NCBI GenBank assembly: GCA_963664225.1
Contig: OY760937.1
Location: 5,568,001 to 5,632,000 of the forward strand
Length of the DNA stretch: 64,000 nucleotides
Source: Verrucomicrobiia bacterium
Lineage (GTDB): Bacteria; Verrucomicrobiota; Verrucomicrobiia; Limisphaerales; UBA1319
Direction: 5' to 3'
Under the pieces are notes generated by a model, which saw nothing but the letters and a program-made list of their open reading frames with translations, made no database searches and was not told the DNA's origin. This document shows positions 10,678 through 19,948 of the stretch, in pieces. How positions within the stretch are numbered: the stretch's first letter is position 1; every line of letters starts with the position of its first letter. Position numbers and translations under genes: made by a program.

Positions 10678-12780
10678 ATGAGGTGGATTGTTCACAACCT
10701 GTGGTTGATACCCGCCATACCGCTGGCGGCTGCAGCGCTCATATCTGTCACGCGCAAGGAGCGCAAGCAGATGGCGATTGCTTGGTCCATAGGGGCCATG
10801 GCGCTCAGCCTGCTGCTCTCCGTGGCGGCGTTTGTGCAGACCCTCGGAGACACCGGGCATGGCGGGGTGTTTCGCGAGGTATTCAATTTTCGATGGTTCG
10901 AATTTGGAACCACCGGCGTATCGCTGGGGTGGGTGCTGGATCCTTTGACCGCATCCATGGTGGTCATGGTGTCATTCGTCAGCCTGCTGATCTTTATCTA
11001 TAGCGCGGGCTACATGGCGCATGATGAAAACATCACGCGATTCTTTGGTTTCCTATCGTTGTTTGGCGCGGCGATGCTTGGATTGGTGATCGCGAACAGC
11101 CTGCTGTTGCTTTTCATGTGCTGGGAACTGGTGGGGCTTGCATCCTATCTGTTGATTGGATTCTGGTTCCATAAGCCCAGCGCGGCCGCAGCAGCCAAAA
11201 AAGCGTTCATTACCACGCGCATTGGAGATATCGCTTTTTTCGTTGGAATACTTTGGTTGTATGCGGGTTCCGGCACGCTGCTTTTTTACGATCAAGGCAA
11301 CGGATGTCTGGAGCAATCCGCACTTGAAAGGCTGATTGTTCAAACCACGTTTGAAGGAATGGCCGTTTCCACGGCGATCGGACTATTGATCTTTTGTGGG
11401 GCGGCGGGCAAGTCCGGTCAGGTGCCGCTGCATGTGTGGCTGCCGGATGCCATGGAAGGCCCCACACCGGTGAGCGCCCTGATCCATGCGGCAACGATGG
11501 TGGCCGCCGGTGTGTTTTTGGTGGCCCGGGTGTATCCATTGCTGGAAGTGGATCTGGGCAATGGAATCGGGCAGGGGGCCGCGTTATCCGTCATCGCCTG
11601 GGTGGGGGCGGTCACGGCGGTTTTTGCGGCACTCATCGCGGTGGCCCAAACCGATATCAAACGCATTCTGGCCTATTCGACGGTTTCACAACTGGGTTAC
11701 ATGATGCTGGCGCTGGGAGTGGGCGGTTACGTGGCCGGGGTATTTCATTTGCTCACGCATGCTTTTTTCAAGGCGTTGTTGTTCCTTGGCGCGGGCTCGG
11801 TGATTCATGGTTGCCACGAAGAACAGGACATACGCCAAATGGGCGGGCTGCGTCGGTTAATGCCGGTCACATTTGCGACCTACGCCATCGGCATGATGGC
11901 CCTGGCGGGCATACCGGTGTTCTTCTCGGGGTTCTGGTCGAAGGACGAAATTCTGCATTCGGCTTATGAATGGCCCCTGTCGCATGGACCGTTTCTGCTG
12001 GGATTGGCTGGGGCTTTTCTGACTGCCTTCTACATGACGAGGCAGATGAGCTTTGTGTTTTTCGGGGAATATCGTGGCGAGAGCGCAGCCGGGAGCGCTC
12101 ATGGAGCGGCAGCACACGCAAAAGGAGGGCATGGAAAGACGAGCCACATCCATGAAAGTCCACCGGTCATGACGGTGCCATTGCGCATACTGGCGGTGGG
12201 TGCGGTTTTACTGGGAGTGATTGGAACGCCTGCATGGCCCTGGTTTCATGGCTATTTGACGGGGCATTACGCCGCATTTGAATTTGGCCGGCTTTTCGAG
12301 GGAACCACGCTTTTAATCATGGGTTTATCGACAGTTGCGGTGGGCTTTGGAATCCTGCTGGGCTGGCGACTCTACGGACGGAAACCGTCGAAAAAGGCGA
12401 ATGACCTGGATGCGCTTGAAAAAGTGAATGCAGACGGGTTTGCATTACTGCGGGAAAAGTTCCGCGTGGATGAGATTTATGATGCCACGGTTGTGGCGGG
12501 GAATTTGGGTTTGTCGCGTTTTTGTCAATGGCTGGATGAGAGTGTTGCGACTGGCGCCGTTCGCATTGCCTCAATGTCTGTGCTGGCGCTTTCATGGTTG
12601 AACCGAAGCATTGATGAACTTTTGATTAATGGAGGATTCGATCAGGGTTGCAAAGAAGTTCGTCGAACAGCGGGTGGTGTTTCGCAATGGCAGGGCGGCC
12701 AAGTTCAAAAATACCTTTGGGTTTTGGCGCTGTCGGCAGCGGTGGTTGTGATTGCGATCGCATGGGGAGGTGGCCGATGA
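10678..12780 (+). CDS. nuoL: Complex I subunit L with extended amphipathic helix
   Basis: WELVG, GKSGQVPLHVWLPDAMEGPTPVSALIHAATMV, HAFFKA. 700 aa. Confidence 0.97.
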   Translation: MRWIVHNLWLIPAIPLAAAALISVTRKERKQMAIAWSIGAMALSLLLSVAAFVQTLGDTGHGGVFREVFNFRWFEFGTTGVSLGWVLDPLTASMVVMVSFVSLLIFIYSAGYMAHDENITRFFGFLSLFGAAMLGLVIANSLLLLFMCWELVGLASYLLIGFWFHKPSAAAAAKKAFITTRIGDIAFFVGILWLYAGSGTLLFYDQGNGCLEQSALERLIVQTTFEGMAVSTAIGLLIFCGAAGKSGQVPLHVWLPDAMEGPTPVSALIHAATMVAAGVFLVARVYPLLEVDLGNGIGQGAALSVIAWVGAVTAVFAALIAVAQTDIKRILAYSTVSQLGYMMLALGVGGYVAGVFHLLTHAFFKALLFLGAGSVIHGCHEEQDIRQMGGLRRLMPVTFATYAIGMMALAGIPVFFSGFWSKDEILHSAYEWPLSHGPFLLGLAGAFLTAFYMTRQMSFVFFGEYRGESAAGSAHGAAAHAKGGHGKTSHIHESPPVMTVPLRILAVGAVLLGVIGTPAWPWFHGYLTGHYAAFEFGRLFEGTTLLIMGLSTVAVGFGILLGWRLYGRKPSKKANDLDALEKVNADGFALLREKFRVDEIYDATVVAGNLGLSRFCQWLDESVATGAVRIASMSVLALSWLNRSIDELLINGGFDQGCKEVRRTAGGVSQWQGGQVQKYLWVLALSAAVVVIAIAWGGGR

Positions 12781-14327
12781 ACGGAATTTCTCCCCTGACC
12801 CTCATCACATTGACGCCCGTGTTGGGTGCGTTGGCTGTCACACTCATCCCCAATCGTTTCAAGCAACACGCGCGGTGTGTCAGCCTGGGTTTTGCGATAT
12901 TTGCCTTGGTGCAGGCGCTGTTTTTATGGGCCCACTATGTGCCGCGTGGCGGGATGCAGTTCGAGGAAACGCATCGTTGGATACCGTTACTGGGAGTCGA
13001 ATATCATGCAGGGATAGACGGCCTCGGTTTGACAATGGTTCTCTTGACGGCCTTGCTGATTCCATTTGCCCTACTTGCTGTCTGGCGTCGCGAAATGCCT
13101 CGGGGTTATCATTCCCTGTTTTTATTACTTCAAGCGGGGGTGTTTGGGGTGTTTACCGCGCTTAACTTTTTCCACTGGTTTATCTATTGGGAAATGAGCC
13201 TCATACCGGCCTTTTTTCTCATCAGATTATGGGGAGGGACCCGGCGCGGTTTTGCGGCCACGCAGTTCTTCATTTACACACTGGCAGGAAGCGTGGCGAT
13301 GCTGCTGGCATTCCAGGTCATTTACCTCGGCACAGGGATTTTCGATTTTATTCAACTGGCTGAATTGGGACGGTCCGGGGAATTGCCCGGCAAACTCGCA
13401 AGCGGTCTGGGGTGGGCTGCTGGTTCGGCAGACACCGCGGCGCTCATGGTCTTCTGGGGGGTGTTCCTGGGTCTGGCCGTGAAGGTTCCGCTGATGCCGT
13501 TTCATATCTGGCTGCCTGCGGCCTATGCTGAAGCACCCACGGGAGTGTCCATGGTGCTCACGGGATTAATGTCCAAGATGGGGGTGTACGGTTTTCTGAG
13601 GATATTGTTGCCCATATTCCCGCAGCAAATGCGCGGGGCGCTGGATTTGCTGATGCTAATGGCCATCGTTACGATTCTGTTTTCGGCGTGGTCCGCATTT
13701 GTGCAGAAGGATTTGAAGCGCATGATTGCGTATTCCTCCATGAATCATCTGGGCTATTGCCTGCTGGGCACATTTGCCACCTTGAGGTTGACTGGTGCGA
13801 ATTCCGGCACGGCGAACGACCAGGCCGCAGCCCTGGACGGTGTGATTTTACAAATGTTCAACCATGGCCTGAGCGCGTCGGCCTTGTTTTGTTTTGTGGG
13901 CTGGATGGAGGATCGAAGCGGCGGATTGCGGGGGCTGAACGATTTCGGGGGCCTGCGGAAACCGGCGCCCGTTTTTTGCGGGCTGATGGGGATTGCGGTG
14001 TTTTCTTCCCTTGGCTTGCCCGGATTAAACGGTTTTGTTGGCGAATTCCTGATTTTCAAGGGAGCGTTTGCACTTACGGGTTGGCAGGCGGGCCTGTCCG
14101 CAGTGGGCCTGCTTCTGACAGCGATATTTTTACTGAATGTTTTGCAGCGGGTATTTCATGGCCCGGTTAATACGCGCTGGATCGCATTTCCCGATCTGAC
14201 GCGGATGGAACGATTCACGATGGCGCCCATCATTATTTTGATGTTCGCCGTGGGATTATATCCGCAAATATTACTAAGGTTCATCAACCCAAGTGTCCTG
14301 GAAATGGTCCTGAACATTCCAAAATAA
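12777..14327 (+). CDS. nuoM: Complex I subunit M (copy 1)
   Basis: WEMSLIP, AVKVPLMPFHIWLP, SKMG, LGLPGLNGFVGEF. Confidence 0.95.
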   Translation: MNGISPLTLITLTPVLGALAVTLIPNRFKQHARCVSLGFAIFALVQALFLWAHYVPRGGMQFEETHRWIPLLGVEYHAGIDGLGLTMVLLTALLIPFALLAVWRREMPRGYHSLFLLLQAGVFGVFTALNFFHWFIYWEMSLIPAFFLIRLWGGTRRGFAATQFFIYTLAGSVAMLLAFQVIYLGTGIFDFIQLAELGRSGELPGKLASGLGWAAGSADTAALMVFWGVFLGLAVKVPLMPFHIWLPAAYAEAPTGVSMVLTGLMSKMGVYGFLRILLPIFPQQMRGALDLLMLMAIVTILFSAWSAFVQKDLKRMIAYSSMNHLGYCLLGTFATLRLTGANSGTANDQAAALDGVILQMFNHGLSASALFCFVGWMEDRSGGLRGLNDFGGLRKPAPVFCGLMGIAVFSSLGLPGLNGFVGEFLIFKGAFALTGWQAGLSAVGLLLTAIFLLNVLQRVFHGPVNTRWIAFPDLTRMERFTMAPIIILMFAVGLYPQILLRFINPSVLEMVLNIPK

Positions 14328-14331
14328 CTGC

Positions 14332-15822
14332 ATGCTGGCCTGGACCATATATAGTTCGTTTATAGGCGCGGGACTTTTAATGGTCCTCGATCCGGCGCGC
14401 AAACAAGCGGCAAGATTCCTTGCCCTCGCGACCGCCCTGGTGGGGTTTGGCATCGCGCTTGCGGGGTGTTTCCAATACCAGCCTTCAGGGAGCGTGCAAA
14501 CGATCAGCAACATTTCCTGGGTATCGTCACTGGGCCTGCGTTACCTGCTGGCGGCGGACGGGATCAGTCTGACCCTGGTGCTGCTCACCGGTCTGGCGGC
14601 GGTGGCGGGAGTTCTTTTTTCATGGAATATCGAATACCGGGTGAAGGAGTTTTTTGCATTCTACCTGGCGCTCATTGGCGGCGTTTATGGGGTGTTCCTG
14701 AGTTTCGACCTGTTTCTGCTGTTTGTGTTTTACGAAATCGCGATCATCCCGAAATATTTTCTGATCGCGATCTGGGGTTCCACGCGCAAGGAATACGGGG
14801 CCATGAAACTGGCGCTGTATTCGTTTGTGGGAAGCGCCATGGTGCTGGTGGGTCTCCTGGCCGCCTATGTGAAAAGCGGAGCGCACACGATGAACCTTGT
14901 GGAACTGGCCGCCTTTCCGTTTCCTGAATCCTTTCAGATATGGGTGTTCCCATTGATTTTTATCGGCTTTGGGGTGCTTGCGGGTCTCTGGCCGCTGCAC
15001 ACCTGGGCGCCGACCGGCCATGTGGCGGCTCCGACGGGTGCGTCGATGCTGCTGGCTGGAGTTGTCATGAAACTAGGAGCGTATGGCGCATTGCGAGTGG
15101 GAATGACGCTGTTCCCCCTGGGAGCGCAGGCGTGGCAGTATCCCATGGCGACACTCGCGGTGATTGGAATTGTGTATGGGGCCACGGTGGCGCTGGTTCA
15201 GAAAGACTTCAAATTCGTGATTGGCTATTCATCGGTCAGCCACATGGGGTTTGTGCTGCTGGGCCTGATGACGCTCAATGCGACGGGCATAGGCGGCGCG
15301 GTACTTCAGATGTTTTCGCATGGGGTGATTGCGGGGCTGCTGTTTGCCGTGGTGGGCCGGATGGTTTATGATCGGAGCCATACGCGCGATCTGGATGTTT
15401 TGCAGGGAATGGATTTGGGGCGCGTGCTGCCGTTTGCATCGGTCACCTTTGTGCTCGCGGGGGCGGCATCGATGGGAATCCCGGGATTCAGCGGTTTCGT
15501 GGCGGAACTCCAGGTGCTGATTGGGGCGTGGCGCGCGTTTCCCGTAATGGCCATCCTGGGTGGGTTGGGTGTGCTGTTTGGTGTGGCGTTTACCTTGCGC
15601 GCCATCCAAAAATCCTTTTTCGGTGAACACGCCAGCACTGAATCCGGAGGGAAGAAGGAACATGAATTACCGCCAATCACGCTGCCTGAAAAGGCCGGCG
15701 CGGTGATTCTCCTTGGGGCCACGATTGTGATCGGACTGTTTCCCAATCTCCTGCTGAACATCATCATGCCAAGCATTAATGCGCCGTGGATGCAGGGGTT
15801 GCTGAAGGGAGGGCGGCCATGA
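14332..15822 (+). CDS. nuoM: Complex I subunit M (copy 2, divergent)
   Basis: DGIS, FYEIAIIP, PLHTW, MKLG, YSSVSHMG, GIPGFSGFVAEL. Confidence 0.93.
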   Translation: MLAWTIYSSFIGAGLLMVLDPARKQAARFLALATALVGFGIALAGCFQYQPSGSVQTISNISWVSSLGLRYLLAADGISLTLVLLTGLAAVAGVLFSWNIEYRVKEFFAFYLALIGGVYGVFLSFDLFLLFVFYEIAIIPKYFLIAIWGSTRKEYGAMKLALYSFVGSAMVLVGLLAAYVKSGAHTMNLVELAAFPFPESFQIWVFPLIFIGFGVLAGLWPLHTWAPTGHVAAPTGASMLLAGVVMKLGAYGALRVGMTLFPLGAQAWQYPMATLAVIGIVYGATVALVQKDFKFVIGYSSVSHMGFVLLGLMTLNATGIGGAVLQMFSHGVIAGLLFAVVGRMVYDRSHTRDLDVLQGMDLGRVLPFASVTFVLAGAASMGIPGFSGFVAELQVLIGAWRAFPVMAILGGLGVLFGVAFTLRAIQKSFFGEHASTESGGKKEHELPPITLPEKAGAVILLGATIVIGLFPNLLLNIIMPSINAPWMQGLLKGGRP

Positions 15823-17315
15823 ATTATTGGAACCTCTTTTTGCTTACCCTTCCCGAGGCGATCGTGGCATTGACGGCTTTGGCGGTGTTGTTCGTGGATT
15901 TGCAGTGCAGAAGCGCATGGACATTGGACCGAAGGCGCATTGTGGGATCGATGCTCGCCAGCATGGGTTGCCTTGCAGCCGTGCTGAGCCTGTTTTGTTT
16001 TCCACAAGCCGGTGAATGGGCGAATGGCGTCTGGGTGGTGGGAACCCTGAGCCAGTTGATCAAGGGATTCATTCTGGTCCTGTCCCTGATCACCGCCTTG
16101 ATGGTATTGGAAACGGATTTGGAATTTACGCCGCATGTTGGCGAGTATTACGCCTTGCTGCTGCTGGCCACACTGGGGTTCATGTGCATGGTGAGCACGC
16201 GGGAAATCCTGATGATTTTCGTGTCGCTCGAATTGTCGAGTCTATCGCTGTATCTGCTGACCGCTTTCGCCAAAAGATCACCCGCCTCGACCGAAGCCTC
16301 GATCAAATATTTCTTTTTTGGCGGGGTATCCGCGGCGTTCATGCTCTTTGGATTAAGCCTGGTTTATGGACTGACCGGAGAAACCCAACTGGCGAACATT
16401 GCCTTGAAGTTAAAGTCCACGGGCATGGATCCGCTATTGATTGTGGCCCTGGTGATGATTGTCATCGGGCTTGGATTTAAAATTGCGTCGGCCCCGTTTC
16501 ACTGGTGGGCGCCGGATGTCTATGAAGCTGGCCCGGTTTGCACGTCGGCGCTGGTTGCGTCGGGATCCAAGGTTGCAGGATTTGGGTTATTGGTCACGGT
16601 CATGATTGCAGGTTTTTCCGGCCTGGGTGGGAGCGGGGATTGGCACGGTTTCAAAACAGGATGGGTTCCGCTGGTCGCCGGGTTATCGCTGGCATCGATT
16701 ATTTTGGGGAACCTGGCAGCGATTGTTCAAACCAGCGTGAGGCGCCTGCTGGCCTATTCTGCGATTGCGCACGGCGGTTATGCGCTGGTTGGATTACTTC
16801 CAGGCAGTGGAATGGGCGTTTCTTCAGTGGTTTATTATGCGCTCACCTATGCGCTGACCGTTCTGGGCGCGTTCATCGTGGTGGCCGTGGTTTCAGGCAA
16901 GACGGAGCGTGGCGATGCGATGGGAGCTTTTGCCGGACTGAGTCGGCGCGCGCCACTGGTGTCCCTGTGCATGATGGTTTTCATGCTTTCATTGGCGGGA
17001 ATTCCACCATTGGCGGGATTCTTCGGGAAATTTTATTTGTTCGCATCCGCATTGAAAGGCAGTTCCGGAAACCTGGGATTGCTGTGGCTTGTGATATTTG
17101 CCATCGCGATGAGCGCGGTCTCCCTTTATTACTATTTGTTGGTGCTAAAGCAAATCTATGTGGTTGAGGGCGATCCGAAGTCCATCGTGGTCAGCGTTGC
17201 GCCAACGACGCAATTGATGCTGCTGGTGCTGGCGCTAGCTGTTGTGATTCTGGGAGTTGCGCCTGACCTTGTGCTGAATCCATTGACGAAAGCTGTTTCA
17301 GCGAGTTTGTTCTGA
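15819..17315 (+). CDS. nuoN: Complex I subunit N
   Basis: LELSSLSLY, EASIKYF, FKIASAPFHWWAPDVYE, SLAGIPPLAGFFGKF. Confidence 0.96.
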   Translation: MNYWNLFLLTLPEAIVALTALAVLFVDLQCRSAWTLDRRRIVGSMLASMGCLAAVLSLFCFPQAGEWANGVWVVGTLSQLIKGFILVLSLITALMVLETDLEFTPHVGEYYALLLLATLGFMCMVSTREILMIFVSLELSSLSLYLLTAFAKRSPASTEASIKYFFFGGVSAAFMLFGLSLVYGLTGETQLANIALKLKSTGMDPLLIVALVMIVIGLGFKIASAPFHWWAPDVYEAGPVCTSALVASGSKVAGFGLLVTVMIAGFSGLGGSGDWHGFKTGWVPLVAGLSLASIILGNLAAIVQTSVRRLLAYSAIAHGGYALVGLLPGSGMGVSSVVYYALTYALTVLGAFIVVAVVSGKTERGDAMGAFAGLSRRAPLVSLCMMVFMLSLAGIPPLAGFFGKFYLFASALKGSSGNLGLLWLVIFAIAMSAVSLYYYLLVLKQIYVVEGDPKSIVVSVAPTTQLMLLVLALAVVILGVAPDLVLNPLTKAVSASLF

Positions 17316-17342
17316 TTGCCTCACGAAGGATTGAGACAGAAA

Positions 17343-17418
17343 TGGTGGGTTGGCGGGGACTCGAACCCCGGACCAATGCCTTAAAAGGGCACTGCTCTAC
17401 CGACTGAGCTACCAACCC
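17343..17418 (-). tRNA. tRNA-Lys(UUU)
   Basis: The reverse complement reads GGGTTGGTAGCTCAGTCGGTAGAGCAGTGCC-CTTTTAA-GGCAT...GGTTCGAGTCC...CCAACCCACCA. Confidence 0.96.
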
Positions 17419-17689
17419 ACGACAGCCATGAACATTGAGACGATGCAAAACGGCTTCGCCAGTCCAAATGCGGGGCGAAAATTAACGGACGCCCGCCAGA
17501 GTTTCAAGATAATTTCTCGGCCTTATCCAAGTCAAGCGTGACGGAACGATATTTGCGGGCGGTTTTTCGCCGAAAGGAACAGCTTCAGAGCGCGCGGTTC
17601 CCCGGGATAAATTTAGGCAAAAGTCCTATGCTCAAATCGGCAAAATGCCGATTGCCCCAAGGTTGACCCCGCATTATTTTGGTTAAGCT

Positions 17690-18030
17690 TGTGAGAGCTA
17701 CCATCGATTCCTCATAAGGCAGATGAGGAAGGAAGCGTCCGTCTTCCAGCGTGTCAAAGCTGGTTTTGGCGGTAGTGGGGAACAGAAGATTAAAATGATG
17801 GCGCTGAAGATGGTTGCTGAAGCAGAAGCCACTACCGCCCAGATGTGGGCGTGAGGGATTCGTGTAGGAATAAGAATAATTGATGGTTCATAACGAAGGT
17901 TTTGACGCCCAGGAGGTGCAAGCTGAAGACAGGTGACGGGTTTATCGAAACACTGGTTTTATTTGGCCCAGTGACGATAAACCCTGGGAAATGAGGAACG
18001 GCGGCTGTATTCATTGCAGCCGCCGTTTTA
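17690..18030 (+). ncRNA. Candidate structured ncRNA or leader (unassigned family)
   Basis: At least six nested helices, a promoter-like TTGCCC-17-TATTTT (17652-17680) upstream and a terminator-like hairpin at the end. See findings. Confidence 0.45.
17997..18030 (+). terminator. Intrinsic terminator-like hairpin upstream of nadC
   Basis: AACGGCGGCTG...CAGCCGCCGTT followed by a short T-rich tail. Confidence 0.65.
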
Positions 18031-18091
18031 TATGCGCGATTTTCTGGAGTTTTTTCTTCATCCGACCGCAATTCTTTTGCATGCTCGCGGC

Positions 18092-18943
18092 ATGGAAGTC
18101 CTGAAAGTTGAGGAGATTCAACGAGCCGTTCGTGAGGCGTTGACAGAAGATATTGGCACCGGGGATGTTACGACATTGTCCACCGTGCCGATGGAGGCGG
18201 TGAATCAAGCGATGATGGTGGCGCGGGCGCCACTGGTCGTTGCTGGCATTGGTTTTGCGGAGGCCGCGTTTCACGAATTGGATCCAACGGCCAGGATCGA
18301 ACGATTCGTTGCGGATGGCGCACATTTGGACGCGGGGCAGCCGATTCTAAGGGTTCAGGGGAAAACGCATGGGTTGCTTTCCGCCGAGCGCGTGGCGCTG
18401 AATTTCGTTCAAAGGCTTTCCGGGGTGGCGACCGCGACCGCGCGTTATGTCGAATTGGTCAAAGGAACAAAGGCACGGATTCTGGACACGCGCAAGACGA
18501 CGCCCGGTTGGAGGCGGTTTGAAAAGTATGCGGTGCTTTGCGGTGGCGGTCAAAATCACAGGATCGGGCTTTATGACATGGTTTTGATCAAGGACAACCA
18601 TCTGGCGGCGCTGGTGGGAACAAAGCCCAATCCAGTGGCGGCGGCGGTGGCTCGAGCGCGGGCCCAATATCCGGAGCTCAAGGTGGAGGTGGAGGCGGAT
18701 ACGCTGGAGCAGGTGAGGCAGGCTGTTGAAGCGGGCGCGGATATCATCCTGTTGGATAATATGACGCTGGAGAATTTGAGGGCGGCGGTTCAAATGGTTG
18801 GAGGGCGGGCCAAGACGGAGGCCAGCGGGGGTGTCAATGCGAGCACTTGCCGAAGCATTGCGGAAACCGGGGTGGATTATATCTCCGTGGGCGCCATCAC
18901 CCATTCGGCTGCTGCGGTGGATGTGGCATTGGATTTTGAGTAA
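18092..18943 (+). CDS. nadC: Nicotinate-nucleotide pyrophosphorylase (quinolinate phosphoribosyltransferase)
   Basis: EDIGTGDVTT, ERVALN, DTRKTTPG, HRIGL, IKDNH, EASGG. Confidence 0.97.
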   Translation: MEVLKVEEIQRAVREALTEDIGTGDVTTLSTVPMEAVNQAMMVARAPLVVAGIGFAEAAFHELDPTARIERFVADGAHLDAGQPILRVQGKTHGLLSAERVALNFVQRLSGVATATARYVELVKGTKARILDTRKTTPGWRRFEKYAVLCGGGQNHRIGLYDMVLIKDNHLAALVGTKPNPVAAAVARARAQYPELKVEVEADTLEQVRQAVEAGADIILLDNMTLENLRAAVQMVGGRAKTEASGGVNASTCRSIAETGVDYISVGAITHSAAAVDVALDFE

Positions 18944-18946
18944 ATA

Positions 18947-19924
18947 ATGAGGGAAGACGCGCAAATTCTGGCCGCATTGCGAGCCGCCAGTCCTGGACTG
19001 GCTTCAGGCTCCGATCTGGCTCATCAACTGGGCATCAGCCGTGCGGCGGTCTGGGCCCGCATTGAGGCGCTCAGGGGGTTGGGTTACGAAATCTCCGCTT
19101 CTCCGCACCGGGGTTACCGGCTGGTGAGCGTGCCGGACGTGCTGCACGCCGACGATCTTTTATCGCGGCTGGGAGGTCGGCAGATTGTCGGACGGGATAT
19201 TCAGGTTTTCAAGGAAACGACCTCCACGAACGATGTGGTCGAAAGGCTTGCGCTGGATGGGGTGCCGGAGGGGGTGGTGGTCTTTGCCGAGACGCAAACC
19301 AAGGGGCGTGGAAGATTGGGCCGGAAATGGATTTCCACCAAGGGCCGTGGGTTGTTGTTTTCGGTGCTGTTGCGGCCTGATGTTGCGCCGCAAGCGGTGA
19401 CGCAGGTGATGGTTGCCGCGGGCACGGCGGTGGCGCGGGCGATTCGCAAAAGCACCGGGCTGAATCCCCAGATCAAGTGGCCCAACGATATTTTGATTGG
19501 CTCGAAAAAAGTGGCCGGGATTCTTACGGAATTACATGCCGAATTGGATCACGTGCAGTATGTATGCCTGGGCATTGGCGTGGATGTGAATCAGGAGGCC
19601 GGGGATTTTCCGCCTGAATTACGCCGCATCGCAACCTCGTTAAAGATGGAGTCCGGCCAGGCGCAAAAGCGGTCGGATCTGGCGATTGGCATTTTACAGG
19701 AATTAGATGCGGACTACGGGCGCATTCTCGCGGGGCAATTTGCGGCGGTGGCGGATGAGTGGGAGAGCCAATGCGCGACATTGGGGTGCCGGGTGCGGAT
19801 TGCGCAGGGAGACCGGATCATTGAAGGGCAGGCGGAGTCGCTGGATAATGAAGGGGGACTGCTTGTGCGCACGCAGCACGGGCGTTTGGAGCGAATCATC
19901 AGCGGGGATGTGACCCTGGGTTAA
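18947..19924 (+). CDS. birA: Bifunctional biotin ligase/repressor
   Basis: N-terminal HTH (SGSDLAHQLGISRAAVWARIE), STND, QTKGRGRLGRKW, KWPND, KVAGIL. Confidence 0.96.
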   Translation: MREDAQILAALRAASPGLASGSDLAHQLGISRAAVWARIEALRGLGYEISASPHRGYRLVSVPDVLHADDLLSRLGGRQIVGRDIQVFKETTSTNDVVERLALDGVPEGVVVFAETQTKGRGRLGRKWISTKGRGLLFSVLLRPDVAPQAVTQVMVAAGTAVARAIRKSTGLNPQIKWPNDILIGSKKVAGILTELHAELDHVQYVCLGIGVDVNQEAGDFPPELRRIATSLKMESGQAQKRSDLAIGILQELDADYGRILAGQFAAVADEWESQCATLGCRVRIAQGDRIIEGQAESLDNEGGLLVRTQHGRLERIISGDVTLG

Positions 19925-19948
19925 CGGCTGCGTGCCTCCGATTTATTC

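Noticed and set aside
4541..17418. nuo operon as a tRNA-integrated island (both tRNA 3' ends face it)
   Set aside because: No integrase and no duplicated tRNA 3' end were found. Composition resembles the core genes.
17700..17760. GAGGAAGGAAGC as an SRP RNA or RNase P signature
   Set aside because: The flanking conserved elements (SRP CAGG...AGCAG helix; RNase P GAGGAAAGUCC) are absent.
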